Source of the DNA: the human T2T-CHM13v2.0 reference genome, Homo sapiens
Reading direction: 5' to 3' (one strand)
Assembly: GCF_009914755.1 (NCBI RefSeq)
Contig: NC_060933.1
Length of the DNA: 64,000 nucleotides
Positions within the stretch are counted from its first letter, which is position 1. The number at the start of each line of letters is the position of its first letter. Positions 13,201 through 31,763 of this stretch are shown in pieces. The translations under genes were made by a program, and so were the position numbers. The notes under the pieces are model-generated. The model was given only the letters and a program-made list of their open reading frames with translations, was not told the DNA's origin and searched no databases.

Positions 13201-14263
13201 AGTAAATGCATTATTAGCAATTAGGAAGACTTTGGCCAGTGTTGCTGTTAGCACAGATAGCAGCTTTCTTACAATCAGAAATAGACCTCTCCTTCCACCT
13301 CTAGGCAGTGCAGTCCCCAGGGAACATGGTTTGCCAAGTGGATAGCATCATTGTGCAAATAAAAAGTCATCCCTTCCTCTAGGCAGACCCACCTGCATGC
13401 TAGGGCACACAGCATTGTGATTGGAGTGCATGCTGGATTCCAATTGTTGCTACCCTTTTTGCAGGAAAGTGGGGCAGTTGGGAGAGGGGGGCTCTGTGCA
13501 GTGTACAACCTGCACAGCTCTGTACTCGGGGCCCTTACTTTGGTGGTAAATCACTGGGCAGACTGAACTCTGGAAGGCTTACTCCTCATTTTCCTGGCAA
13601 AGTGCAGCTACCCCTCTAAGACCAATGATCACTTTGCCTTTTTTGAGCCTTTTCACTTCATGCTGAATGCAGCAGTCTGTGCTGTCTTTCTTAGTTAACC
13701 ACCCACTAGTGATCCAGATTCTGCTGGTCTTTTCAGATGTTCACCTGCATACCGTTCCAACCACAAGGAAGAATTCTTCCTTTTTAACTGTCCTCATGAG
13801 TGATTTTGCAGAGGACAGTTAACCCTTTAAGATAAATGCAATGCGTTGGTTGACTACAATTGGCTGTTGTTGGAAAGTCGGATGCTGATTTCTCCAAAGT
13901 GCCTGGGTAGAAGGGCTGAAAAGCACAGGCAGCTTCACCTCAACTGACCACCACTGTTTGCTATTCTAAATCTTCTTGGCAACAGCAACTCCGGAAAGAA
14001 ATTATTTGAACTAGATCCAGCCAGCCTCCAGGGATCCCAGGATGCAATACGGTAGCCTTTATTTTACTATGACGGGAAGTCTTCCTATTCTTAAAAGATT
14101 AGCCTGCTCTTTAGTGAAAGATGGATAGTTAGAGTCAACAGGCGCTTGCGGGGTTGTGTTGTGATCGAGTTGCCCCTTGACTTCATCCTTGGAATCTTTT
14201 GAGTCATCTGAAACGCATAGCTCTGACGGAAACTTTTTAACATAATTTTAGCCAGGATTAACC

Positions 14264-14276
14264 AGTCACCATGACC
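14264..14276. promoter_or_regulatory. Near-consensus estrogen response element AGTCAccaTGACC
   Basis: One mismatch from GGTCAnnnTGACC. Lies in unique sequence with an AP-1 site at ~14200. Confidence 0.35.
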
Positions 14277-14339
14277 TCAGTGATGTGGCTTGGGTGATCT
14301 GGGTCTCAGTTTAAGGCATGCTCAGGTCTCTTTTGCTTA

Positions 14340-15190
<851 letters not shown>

Positions 15191-16629
15191 GCGTCCAAAA
15201 TAGCTCCCTGGAGGGTCGTCAGGACATCCGGAATGGGTACCCGTGAAAACTTCCCAGCCCTTTTCCTCTTTAGCCACTTCTGCTCAGATTACTTCCTCTT
15301 TGTCCTCTCCTGTTACTTAGCCTTTGAGATGCTGTTTCACCCTCCTAGCCTTCAACCTTTTCACTCATTCTCTGACAAGAACTATTATAAATCATCCTTT
15401 TATTTCCATTCCATCCTTCTCAGGTACATCACCCATAAACGAAAAGAATCTTCCTAAAACACCTGGAACCAATTCCTGGAGTAATCTCAGCTTGGCAGAG
15501 GTAGGTTCTGGATAGTCTCCATTTGCCCTCTTGAGGCACTCTTCATTCTTCTCCACTATGTTCTGAGCCTTGAGAGACAGACCTTTATGGATGCATCAAA
15601 GGGCTCCCTTGCTCTCTAATTACCTGTTGGTTCAGCCAGTTAGGAAGCACTGGAAGGAAACCAGAGGGCAAGGGGAAGATGCAGTTGGGGTATTGCCCAA
15701 CCAGATGGGTAGTGGGTTGGTAGTGGCCACGTTTCTTGCCTGTAGACCACAGGTCCTTCCCTAGAGCTACCACCACTTTCTCGCTTTCCCTGCTGTTGCT
15801 AGCCCTGTGGGCTCTCCTCAACCTGCCCACCACTTTGTAAATAGTCCTGCCCTCTTAAACTCTTCTGAATTACCTCCATGTGAGGGTGTGATCCATCGGC
15901 TTTCTGTTGGGATCATGACAGGTCTTGGGGACTCAATCAGAGCTTTCAGTCAAGATCTGTAGACTCTCCCTTTCCTCTCACTTTGGGAGCTCCCACGGCT
16001 TTCTAGTCACTCCTATTACAACTTAGTCTAGTTGGGCTGAAAATTTAATCTCATATCTGATTTAATTCTCTCTGCTCAAGGGTAGGGATCTGAGGAGGAG
16101 AGCATGACGTAATCTTTCACTTCCTGCTCCCTCTACCAGGCATCTTTTTTTGTGCCTCGTACAAAAAAAGGAGGAGAAAGGAAAGAGACACGTCTCTCTT
16201 TTCATAATGAGCTGCTGAAGCAGTTTTGTCTTTCTTGTTTTCTAATGTCTTTGGCTAAGAGTGAGGGCTCATTAAGTCTATCTAGGAGGCAGGAGTCCAA
16301 ATGCTAATTGTTCCAGGTTGGGTTGTGAGCTAGGTAATGCTGTGCTCACAACCTCCAAATTTGAAGTACTTAGTGCAACAAAGGCTTACTTCTCTCTCAC
16401 GCTACGTGTCCACTGCACGTATTACCGTATCAGGGACTCAGGCTCATGGGACATCGGCCATCTTTAACATTGCCAGACTCTGTACCAGAGGGAACAAGAG
16501 CTCACAGAAGATCTTGTATCGGGGCCAGAGTGACTTATACTTGCATCTTGTTGGCTAGAACTAGTCATGTGGCCTCACTCACCCAGAAAGGCACCAGGAA
16601 GTACAATCTTACTGTGTACCTAGAGACCC

Positions 16630-17060
16630 TAGAGATAGGGTCTTGCTATGTTGCTCAGGCTGGTTTTGAACTTCTGGGCTTAAGCAATCCTTCTGCCTTG
16701 CATACTAAGGTGCTAGGATTTTAGGTGTGCACCACTGTGCCCAGCTACCAGCTACTGTTTTTTTAAAAGACAATTATTGTGGTAAATTACACTTAACATT
16801 AAATTTGCCAATTTAATTATTTTAGAGTGCACAATTCAGTGGCATTTAGTACAATCACTGTGTTGTGCAGCCATCACTGCTATTTTGTTCCAGACCATTT
16901 TCATCATCTTAAAAGGAAACCCCTCCATGAAGCAGTCACCCTCCATCCTCCCACTTGCTCTAGCCCCTGGCAATCACTAATTTGCTTTCTATCTCTATGA
17001 ATTTGCTTATTCTGAATATTTCATATAAATGGAATCATACAATATGTAGCCTTTTTTATC
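16630..17060 (-). mobile_element. FLAM followed by L1MB-type 3' end
   Basis: Alu arm, then acaattcagtggcatttagtaca...gcccctggcaatcactaatttgctttct...aatggaatcatac. Confidence 0.8.
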
Positions 17061-17490
17061 TTTAAGCCCAGCTATTTTTTCCAAGTTGTCCTCCTGACCC
17101 ACAGGAAGCTGACACAATATTGTACCAAGTGGTGGCAACATAGGTTCTCCCAGGTCCCCTCTCTCTCCACCTGTTGTCACTCTTATTTCATTTTTCCTGG
17201 CTCAGAAGGAGATAAACACCTGCTGCCTAAGCAGGGAATGGATTTCCTGCCTCTCCTCTTTCAGGTTCCTCGATCTCCATGTGTGCGTCTCCTGGAGTCC
17301 TTGTCAACACCAGGGGAAAGAGGGTGTATATCCCTGGCTGCCCAAAGGAGGAAAAGCCACTATGTTTTCCCAGGCTCATCTCTTCTGACTCTCTGACCCC
17401 TGCCCAGCAGAAGTGCTCATATAGTTTGAGGTGGTGGCATTCTAATGGGACCCATCAATAAACCACAGGGGCATGTGGCATCTGGCCCCA

Positions 17491-17795
17491 TATTTTTTGT
17501 CTTTTTGAAAGAGGGTATCACTCTGTTGCCCAGGTTAGAGTGCAGTGGTGTGATTATAGCTCACTGCAGCCTCCAACTCCTAAGCTTAAGCAATCCTCTC
17601 ACCTCAGCCTCCCCAGTTGCTAGGATTACAGGCATGTGCCACCATGCCTAGATAATTTTATTTTATTTTTTTGTAGAGACAGGATCTTGCTGTGTTGCCC
17701 AGGCTGGTCTTGAACTCCTGGGCTCAAGCTGTCCTCTTGCTTCAGGCTTGCAGAGCACTGGGATTACAGGGATGGCCCAAAGTGCAGGGTCTGGC
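17491..17795 (-). mobile_element. AluJ
   Basis: Diverged dimer. Confidence 0.9.
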
Positions 17796-17884
17796 CCCAC
17801 TTTTTTTTCACCCCTTGTGTTCTTCAGCAACTGCTGTTTTCAGCCATGGGCCAAGTACTAATTGTGCTAAAACAAGAAAGGTCT

Positions 17885-18220
<336 letters not shown>

Positions 18221-21220
18221 TGATACTTTCTTACACATTCTGATAGTGTTCCTCCTCGGTTTAACAACTTTCCATGTCTCTCTATTATGAATGAGATAAA
18301 TTCCAAACTCTGGTCTTAGCATTCAAGGCCCTCTTTACACTGGCTCCAATTGAGTTTTCTAGTTTTCTCTCTCTAGCTTTCCTTTCAGGCTGGCCAGCAC
18401 ACTCACTGGCCCCAACAAGGCCTTGAACGATTTCGGTTGGGGTTCTTTACTCATCCACACTGACCTGGGGTGCTCCTTCTGTCTTCCTACCTCTCCTCCC
18501 AGCCTCCCTGGGTTCCCAGCCTCCTCTGCCCTTGGAACTCCGCAGCCTGGTCTGCACCTGTTGGTGGCATCCAATGTTTATGTCTCATTTTGTGCTGGGG
18601 TGGGGTGAGTAGCTGAATGTCCCACTGATTGCAGCCAGCATGAAGGTTCACCGGCCCACCCCTCACCCCATGTGTCATCAGTAACGGAAGCTAGCAGAGC
18701 CAGGCAGAAGCAGGCTTGGCATACAGAATCCAAATATTTTCCTGATTGGTGATGAGGTATTAGGAATATGTGAAGAAGTGACTGTGGATAACTCAGCCAT
18801 CTTCCAGGGACAGCTGCCCAGCTCATACTAGGATGGGGGATTGGGAAGAGATGATCATAAATTGTCTGCTAGAGGTTCTTTGAGGTTGACCCAGAGGTAC
18901 ATTCTGTTATTGCCAAGTTTGGATGGAGGGGTAAGAAAAAGGCAGAGCAGAGAGGGAGCAAGAAAGGCAAACTGGGGAGGGAAGATGAGACAGAAATAAA
19001 GAGAAAAAGGCAGGTCAATGTGGGGAGGAGGAAACTGGAGGGGGATGGATTTGGGGATCCTAAATCTCGCTTTTCTCAAAGGAGAAAACCCTGTAGAGTG
19101 GCTTCTACTATTTCTATGCTTGCTTTCTACTCCAGGCAGGATATACAGCCCCCATGCTGCCCAATGCCCCAAGTTGCCTGCGTTGATTGATCAAAAAGCA
19201 GCTCTAGGCCGAGGTGATCTTCCTTGGTAATCTCATCTCTGTGCTGTGCATGCTTTTCTTTCTGTGTTTTTGATTTAGTTTGTTTCAGTGGGAAGGGCTG
19301 ATTTACACCTTGAAGGAATTATTCTGAGTCTTAGAGAAATAACCAAAAGGAAAGAGCTAAAGAGCGGCTGCCACATCCCAAGTGCCTGACCTTTGTCAGG
19401 GTGGCCTAGAGTCACATTTTGTAGCAGAAGTTCCCTTTGGGCATGCAGCCACCTGGAAGTGGGCATGTCTCCTTTTAGGGTCCCCAACTAGGCCTCTCTA
19501 AATCAGGCCAGGCTAGCAGCATTCTGTTTTGAGGCATTTTGACTTTTACAAATCTGTAGCTCCCTTAAAAGCAAAGGCAGATGCTGCAGAAAGTCCTGAC
19601 CCTTGGGCTTCTCTAAGGCCTGTGGTTTGACTTGCATTAAGGTGAGGGTGGCCTGCTGGCCCCGTCTCTGCACTCATTCCCATTCATGAGCACTCCTCAC
19701 CTGGCCTACTGTAGCAAATTTCCAAGAAGTGTTCTTGCCTTTATACTCTCCCGTCTACTTCATTCTATGTGCAGCTGCTGGGTTAGTTCTGTTAAAGATC
19801 CCCTCTTATCTTGTTCCTTCACTTAAAAATCATCACTGGCTCCCATTGCTCATGAAATAACTAGTTTGTGCAATCAAGTTTCTCTGCTTACTCCAGAAGG
19901 TACAAACCCCATATACTCTTCCATTCTTCCCTGAGGGCAGGCTGGGGAGCTGGGGAGAAGTGAAGGACCACATGCTGGGGCCCTGAGAATCTACGCATAT
20001 CCCATTCCCAGTTCCAGAGGGTACCACTTGGGTTGCTGGTGCTGAGACAATCCTGTTTTTTTGGCATCCTTTATACTCGGGGTTCCCTCTTTTTGCAGGC
20101 TTTCCATCAAGCCTTTTAACAATGTTTACTTATATGTTGTGGTAAAGGGAGGCTGTAGATGATAACAGTAAGTTTGCAAATAACAGTAAACCAGTGATTC
20201 TTGGCCTGCATGCTATCACATCCCTCCTCCCATATCCATGGCAGATGTGCTGAATCCGTTTTTGCCCACTGAGCCCAGCTGAGGCCTCAGCCTTTTCAAC
20301 ACTACTCCAGGCAGTCATTCCAATCAATCGAATTTGTCCAGTGAGATAAAATCTATTTGTTATCCCTGTACTCTACTCTTTCAGGGTGTGAAGCATCAGA
20401 CCTTGTTGTTTGATGGATTTAAGATTGGATATAAGAAGACATGGACAGACCCTTGAAGTCGACCCAGAAGTGGCAGGAGAGCTCACAAATTTTGAGATAA
20501 TCATATTTTGAGATTTAACCAAAGTTTCTCTGCTTCTGCCCCTAACCTGTCCCTGAATCCAGACTAAAGACATTCTGCTTTTATTCTCTAGATGAATGAA
20601 TGACTTAGCAAAAATGCAGAGAGAAAGCTAAGAGTCTAAACAGACTTTGAAACTGCTGGTGGAGATGGGAATTTGAGAAAAAAAAGAAAAGCTTTTGAGG
20701 TTCAAAAGCTTAAGTTTTGGAGTTTCAAAAGCATGCCTCCTAAGGGGATTCAGGGCATAGAGAATATGTGATGAGTAGAATGAAGAACAAAAACAGGCAA
20801 ACACTGAAAAGTACCCTAGAGTGGAGTTGGAGGGGGAGAAAAAATATTGGTTCCTGTGCCCTGAACGTCCCTGGGCCAAGTCTGCGTGAGGAACAATGGA
20901 GCCCCAGGTAGGCTGGGGAAACTGAGGCACAAGGGACATGATAGTGGCGTGGATGGGACACAGGAGACTGTGGCCATGAAGAGGAACTGGAATAACATAG
21001 CAGAGGACCAGTATGGAGGTGACATGAAGGACCTGGTAGACCCTGCCCCTGACATCTTGGGAGCCCTGAGGAAATGGAAATCTACAGGCATCCTGAATTT
21101 ACTGAGATTAAATTTCTTCCATTGAGCAGAATGGGAGCTGAAAAGGGCACACTTCAGCTGATATTTGTACACATGACACATAGAAAGACATCATGCAAAC
21201 TATGATTATGAGGTGACACT

Positions 21221-21484
21221 TTTGTTCTCTTGAGACAGGGTCTCACTTTGTCTCTCAGGCTGCAGTGCGGTGGTATGATCACAGCTCACTATAGCCTCGA
21301 ACTCCTGGACTCAAGCTATCCTCCCACCTCAGCCATGCCACCATGCCCAGCTAATGTTTGATTTTGTAAAGACAAGGTTTTGCCATGTTGCCAAGGCTGG
21401 TCTCAAACTCCTGGGCTCAAGCAATTCACATACCTCGGCCTCCTAAAGTTCTGGGATTACAGGTGTGAGCCACTGCACCTGGCC
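21221..21484 (-). mobile_element. AluJ with internal deletion
   Basis: TSD GTGACACTTT. Confidence 0.88.
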
Positions 21485-21972
21485 TGAAGTGACACTTTCT
21501 AGGTCTTTGTCGTGGCCTGGCAAGTATATTGTTGGTATACACCTTTTCTTAGGAAGCATCCAGCTCACTGCAAGGGTCCCCTGTATCTGGAATTCTGGGT
21601 GTAGATCTGGTCACTGCCCTTCAAGAAGGACCTGCTGTCTCTGGAGAAGTTTCAAAGATGGCTAGAACTGAGAGAAGCAGGAAAATTGGGGGGCAGTGCT
21701 GATACACAGCACAGCTGTGAGATTATGACCGTGGCTGAGAATGAACAAAGCTGTAAGGGATTTAATCAGAGTTGTCAAGGGTGAGGGCTGGGCCCCATGG
21801 ATTGCTCTTGAAGCCCTGGAGCACTATAAATACATAAACTAGGCCTACTGCAAATGAGGTTGGAGGGAAGAAAAGATATTCCAGTTCACAGAAGATAATA
21901 TACCTCTAGGACTGTTAACCCTTTAGCAGTATACAGGTTAGAAATATAAATATTTTTTAAAAATGGATTAGA

Positions 21973-22202
21973 TTGGGGCTTCCTGAGCTTGAGATTATTG
22001 GCTGTATGGGATCGATACTTCTTTATTGTGGAAGGCTGTCCTGTGCATTGTAAGATGTTTAGCAACATTCCTGGCTTCTACACATTAGATTATGGTAGCA
22101 TCTCAGCCCCTGCCCTGACCACAGCTGTGATAACTGAATATATATTCAGATACTGCCATGTGTCTCCTGGGGGGCAAAATCACCCCTAATTGAGAGCCCT
22201 TG
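21973..22202 (+). mobile_element. MER20
   Basis: ggctgtcctgtgcattgtaagatgtttagcaacat...ggggggcaaaatcacccc. Confidence 0.85.
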
Positions 22203-22347
22203 TGTTAATATAATGTTCCCAAAGGATGGATTACACAATAGAGTCATGCAAATAGAAAGTGGGGCCTGTACTCTGGAAATACTGCGTTAAAACAAGCTAA
22301 ACAGAGCATTTTATTTTTAGGACCGCTCAGGTCTGCAACATGCCAAA

Positions 22348-22709
22348 TGCCATGGACTGAATGTGTCTTCTCCAAATTCCTATGTTGAAGTCCTAACCCC
22401 CAAGGTCATGGTATTAAAAGATGGGGCTTTCATAGGTGATTAGGTCATGGGGGCATAACCCTCAGAATTGGGATTAGTGCTCTTATCATAGAGGCCCCAG
22501 AGAGCTCATTTGCTCCTTTTACCATGTGGGGGCACAGCCAAAAGACAGCGGTTTATGAACCAGAAAGCTGGCCCTCACCAGACACCTAATCTGCTGGTAA
22601 CTTGATCTCGGACTTCCCATTCTCCAGAACTGTGAGAAATAATTTCTGTTGTTTAGAAGCCCGGTAGTCTGTGGTATTTTGTTATATTAGCCTGGATGAA
22701 GTAAAACAG
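22348..22709 (+). mobile_element. MLT1A-like MaLR LTR
   Basis: tgccatggactgaatgtg...ctccagaactgtgagaaataatttctgttg. Confidence 0.85.
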
Positions 22710-22829
22710 CCAGTGTACACTTTAAATCTCTGAGAGGGAACATATGGGATTAGCATGCATTGAATATGCTCTGGGCATTGCTACATTAGATACATTCATG
22801 GACTATAAAACATTAGAGTTAATAGTAAT

Positions 22830-23060
22830 GAAAATGTCATTAGTGCTTTACAGATGAAGTGTCTGCCAAATAGACTTGTTTTTTCCTTATTACAATCCTC
22901 CAAGGTAGATATAATTATTTCTTCTTATAGATGAGAAAACTGGGACTCAGAGAATTAAAATATTTGCCCATGGCAACGCAGCCAACAGATGGGGAGACTG
23001 GGACATGAACTGGTTTTAGATTCTCAGTTCTATGTTCTTCATAGGGTTCTGTGCTGCCCC
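22830..23060 (-). mobile_element. MIR
   Basis: tatagatgagaaaactgggactcagaga core. Confidence 0.7.
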
Positions 23061-23260
23061 TTGGGTGTGCTCTCAGAATTTGAAATTGATGCTGGGCCAG
23101 AATCAAAGTATATCCTCTTTCTTGGTGACACGGACTCTTTTATATTTAAAGGTCTCTGGAGAGACATTGTTAGCTGGGTCTGTATTACATGGGCTAATAG
23201 AAGGCTTGATGAAAAAATATAGACTATCTTCAGCATGGTGGAAGATAAAATTAATTCTAA

Positions 23261-23558
23261 TTTTTTTTTTTTTTTTAAACAGAGTTTCACTCTGTTGCCC
23301 AGGCTGGAGTGTAGAGGTGCGATCTTGGCTCACTGCAACCTCCCCCTCCTGGGTTCAAGCGATTCTTATGCCTCAGCCTCCTGAGTAGCTGAGATTACCA
23401 GCATGTGCCACCATGTTGGGCTAATTTTTTGTATTTTTAATAGAGATGGGGTTTTGCCATGTTGCCGAGACTGGTCTTGAACTCCTGAGCTAAGGCAATC
23501 TGCCTGCCTCAGCCTCCCAAAGTGCTAGGATTATAGGTGTGAGCTACCACGCCTGGCC
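23261..23558 (-). mobile_element. AluS/J
   Basis: TSD TAATTCTAATTTTT. Confidence 0.93.
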
Positions 23559-24613
23559 ATAATTCTAATTTTTTAACTAAATCTTTTTTTGTCTTTTCTA
23601 AAAATGAGAATTATGTAACTGTGTTGCTTAATATTTTTCCTTGGTTGCCAGGAAGCTCAGATCTAAATTTTTCATCTTGTCTGACAGTTTTGTGGCCCTT
23701 TCCCTTGGTTTTGTTGTTTATTGTATGTACTTTTACAGGATTTGTATGTTGTCTCAAACTCTTGGCAGATAAAAGGGATGTATAAATACCTATAACTGAT
23801 AAATGAAAACTTTCCAAAATATTCACCCCTTAGAAACAAAACACCACTGGCACAGTGCTTAAAAATGGTTCTATCTGGTTTTATTTCCTAATGATACTGG
23901 AACATTCACATATGTATAAGCTGAAGCTAGGTGAATGATAAATAGACATCTATAGAGGATAATTTATTATTTTAAAAAATTAATTAAACTGATATTCAAG
24001 GAGTGTTCTGGGTTTTCAAAGCCCTCACCTAAACATTGTTTTATTTGTTCTTGTCAACTGCCCTGTCTGAGTGCTGGAGCAGGTATTACTGATTACTGTT
24101 TTCATTTGACTGCTGGTAAGTAAATGCAGGCTCAAATATTTTGGGTGACTTATTTTTGCTTTCTAATGTTATTGGCCCAGACTAGCTAGTGGAAGAGTTT
24201 AGAAATAGATCTGAATCTTTCACTTCCAGATGGGATGTTGGACCTGAGTGGGGTGGTAAATCTGTGGTACATGTACTGAAGCGTCCTGTCCCCCCCAACT
24301 CCCGGGTCCAAGAAGTGCCAGTAGCATCTCTAATTGATCTACATTATCTTTTCCCATTGAGCCCAACCGTAGCCAGAGTCCAAAACACAGTGCTCCAGAC
24401 ATACATCCTCAATTACATAACAAAACCCATACTAGAACTAGATTTTTTAAAAGGATTCCATTAAACTCAACAATTCTCAAATTATATGACTGTATACTAG
24501 TAGAAACCTGAGATCATTGAACACAATGAATCTTGTCTGTAGCATCTGTGTGGCAATTTAAAAAGTAGTGGATAGGTCATTTGGGGATAATCTTCATTGT
24601 CAAGATTCATTCC

Positions 24614-24783
24614 AGCCGGGTGTGGTAGTGCACACCTGTAGTCCCAGCTCCTCAGGAGGCTGAAGTAGGATCACCTGAGCCCAGGAGTTCAAGGTTGTAG
24701 TGTGCTATCACTGTACCTGTAAATAGTCACTGCACTCCAGCATGGGCAACATAACGAGAACCCATCTCTAAAAAAGAGAAAAA
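24614..24783 (+). mobile_element. FRAM/Alu right monomer
   Basis: TSD ATTCATTCCAG. Confidence 0.85.
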
Positions 24784-24890
24784 TTCATTCCAGTTTGGAT
24801 GACACTATCTTAAACGAGTCATTACTAATAGATACTAAAAACAGAATTCGCAAAACATTTACAGCAAATATTATACCTTTAAAAATTCTC

Positions 24891-25187
24891 CTGCCAGGTG
24901 CGGTGGCTCACGCCTGTAATCCCAGCACTTTGGGAGGCCAAGGTGGGTGGATCACGAAGTCAAGAGATCGAGACCATCCTGTCCAACATGGTGAAACCCC
25001 GTCTCTACTAAAAATACAAAAAGTTAGCAGGGCGTGGTGGTGCATACCTGTTGTCCCAGTTACTCAGGAGGCTGAGGCAGGAGACTCGCTTGAACCCGGG
25101 AGGCAGAGGTTGCATTGAGCCCAGATGGCGCCACTGGACTCCAGCCTGGGCAACATAATGAGACTCCATCTCAAAAAAAAAAAAAAT
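24891..25187 (+). mobile_element. AluSc
   Basis: gtcaagagatcgagaccatcctg diagnostic. Confidence 0.93.
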
Positions 25188-26363
25188 CTTCTAGTTACTT
25201 CAGTTATCCAGCACTAAATTAATTTCTTAGCTGATATTTTGAGTTCTGCAATCATAGTAATGGCAAATCTAGCTAGAGGTCCAAGATTTTAACATGGGTC
25301 AAGATTACAGGGTAGTAGATATAGATAGCTCTTTCGGAAAAGGGAAAAATGTCTCCTTTTAGCTTTAGAGAATGGCTTAAGCAGAACCCAGCTCTCTATC
25401 CTCACAGACACTATGATCTCAGGGTTTTACGTTTTTTGTTTTTTATTTTTAAATCATTACTTTCTCCAAAGTCTTGCCTTTTCTCTGGCTTGCAGTATAC
25501 ATTAAGAGCAATTAAAATCAATGCCCTGCTTTTTGCATGGTATTATTTATCATAAATTTGCTTCCTTTGATGTCTTGCCATAGAAAATACAAGATTTTCC
25601 TCTGTCACCATTGATGTATAAGATGATCAAATCATAGCTTAGCATTTTTTAACTAAGGATTGTTTGTTATTTTAGGCCATGCTCCCATTCTTTTTCATCC
25701 CGTTTTTTGATTTCGTATGAATGTGCAAGAAAATGGCCAAATGATAAAGGAATATTTGGACCATTGGCTGACAGACATGTTTCCTCTTTCTCCCTCTTTC
25801 AAGTATAAGAGATCCTGAGTCTTGCACGATAAAACCACAAACGGAACTAAATTATGCTGAGCAAAAATACATTCTTTTACTGAGAATTTCCCAGGAGTTT
25901 TGATATTTTTGACTCTTGCTCACTAAATATGGAAAAGATTGAGACACTATGAGAAACAGGGGAGCTGTTCTGCCATTTTTAGACCTTTAAGAAATTGTTT
26001 CATACCTTTAATGCTATGTTAACAATACATTGGAAATCTCCCTGCTGAAAAGTCACAGCCCTCTGAATGGTAACAGTTTCTGGAGATGTTCTCTAAGCTT
26101 CCATTTTAATATAAATAATAAAGCTCTGTGAGTTATAATTTATATTTTTGAGTGGTCTAAATGTTGTCCAACATATGGAAATGATAGAAATAGACATTTC
26201 ACAGCATTTTTCTTCTTCAAGCAGTCAAAACTCCTTTAGACTTAATTTTCTCATTTGTTTCCTATCAAATCCAGGTTCACATGATTATCCAAATTCAGTG
26301 GCATGTCAATGGAACTCTGGTGGAAAGTGCTTGTGTACAAAGGCTGGGGAGGAAATTTTGTGC

Positions 26364-26680
26364 TTTCTTTTTCTTTTTCTTTTCTTTTCTTTTCTTTTCT
26401 TTCCTTTTTCTTTTCTTTTTTTTTTTTTTGAGACAGGGTGTCACTCTGTCGCCCATGCTGGAGTGCAGTGGTGTGATCTTGGCTCACTGCAATCTCGACC
26501 CCCCTGGGCTGAAGCAATCCTCCCATCTTAGCCTCCCAAGTAGCTGGGGCTACAGGAATGTGTGACTGCACCTGGCTACTTTTTTGTTATTATTTTTTTG
26601 TAGAGATGAGGTCTCACGATGTTGCCCAGGCTAGTCTCACATTCCCGAGCTCAAGCCATCTGCCCGCCTCGGCCTCACGA
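26364..26680 (-). mobile_element. AluJ
   Basis: Dimer with (CTTTT)n tail. Confidence 0.9.
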
Positions 26681-26909
26681 CGTATGTACTTTCTTATTAA
26701 TGTGTAGGACACTTTTAATGAAGAAATAGATATGATCAGGAACTTCGGTTAATGGGGTTTATTTTAGGGATATGATTGTAGAAGGCAAGAGAAGGTGGAA
26801 CGATCTGAGCAGTTAGATGCCTCAGCTTCACTGAAAATGAGTGCATTCTTCAATGGTGGTTAGGACTCATTAAAGATTTTAGTTATTTGACGGCAGTTGC
26901 ATCGATCCA

Positions 26910-30434
<3,525 letters not shown>

Positions 30435-30507
30435 GAAGTGTTTTCATAGTGTTGTTTTCCCTGTTTCTCTGCTCACTGTTCTGCTTTACCTTTTGGTTTT
30501 CCCCTAG

Positions 30508-30645
30508 GATGAATGGATTTATTTATTTATTTATTTATATCCAGTATGATTCATTCTTGCCAAAGGGTACCGAGAAATAAGTATTGACCATGCTGGGTAG
30601 CCATGCACTCTGGGGAACAGAGTGGAGCCAGCAGTGGTGGTTGAG
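30508..30645 (+). ncRNA. Candidate 138-nt lncRNA exon
   Basis: Acceptor ctttaccttttggttttcccctag|G, donor GAG|GTAAGA. Confidence 0.3.
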
Positions 30646-31049
30646 GTAAGACAGAAGTAGCTGAAGTCAGGCTGTAATTATTTAATCTCTGCAACCTTCC
30701 AGAAGGAAGAATATCCCTGTGTAAGCCTGTGAGATCTGTTAAAAGTACATGAAATCAGCTCCGGAAATGGCAAACTATCAGCTACAGTTCTGTGTCGTGT
30801 GACCATGTAATGTGCAGATTCTCATCACACTAGAAGATCAAAACAAAAATTGAGCTCTGGGCAACATAGAGCAGGAGCCACAGTGTTTCAGGTTAATAGA
30901 AATAGTCTTGCCTTCCAAGGAATGAAATTTTGGGCTATCAGATGCAATTGGCAGCCCATGGCTATTTTCACTGAAACTTTTTGGAAAAGTTTTTTGTTGA
31001 ATTTTTATTGGAGAATATGTATGACTTAAAATGTGCAAACATTTAAATA

Positions 31050-31250
31050 GTGGCAGATTTCACATTTTAAAAAGTCCAGATTTCTGGGGTCTCTTGAAAA
31101 ATCGAGCTTGGTGACACTGGGGCCACTGTGCGGCCTGGTAACAGTCAGCTGCAGGTGCTGCCCCCTTCAGGTGGAGTGTGTGCTCTCCTGCTAAGCACAG
31201 TTTTCACCTGTTTCACATATTTATTTGTGCTACCTGCCTATCAGATTGAT
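31050..31250 (+). mobile_element. MER102-like hAT-Charlie fragment
   Basis: tccagatttctgg...tctcttgaaaaatc...acactggggcc...gctgccccctt. Confidence 0.6.
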
Positions 31251-31433
31251 GAAGCCTAGTGTAGGGCACCAGATTTCTCTAGTATAGGGCATTTGTATTT
31301 CTTACCTCTAACAGCCTTTCCTTCTCCTAAACATTTCAGTCATGTGGTTCCTACTCTATTCAAATATAATCTCGGAGGACTTGCAAGTCCAGGCTGCTAG
31401 GGCCTCCCCATATTTCCTCAGGTCTTTGTGTTA

Positions 31434-31763
<330 letters not shown>

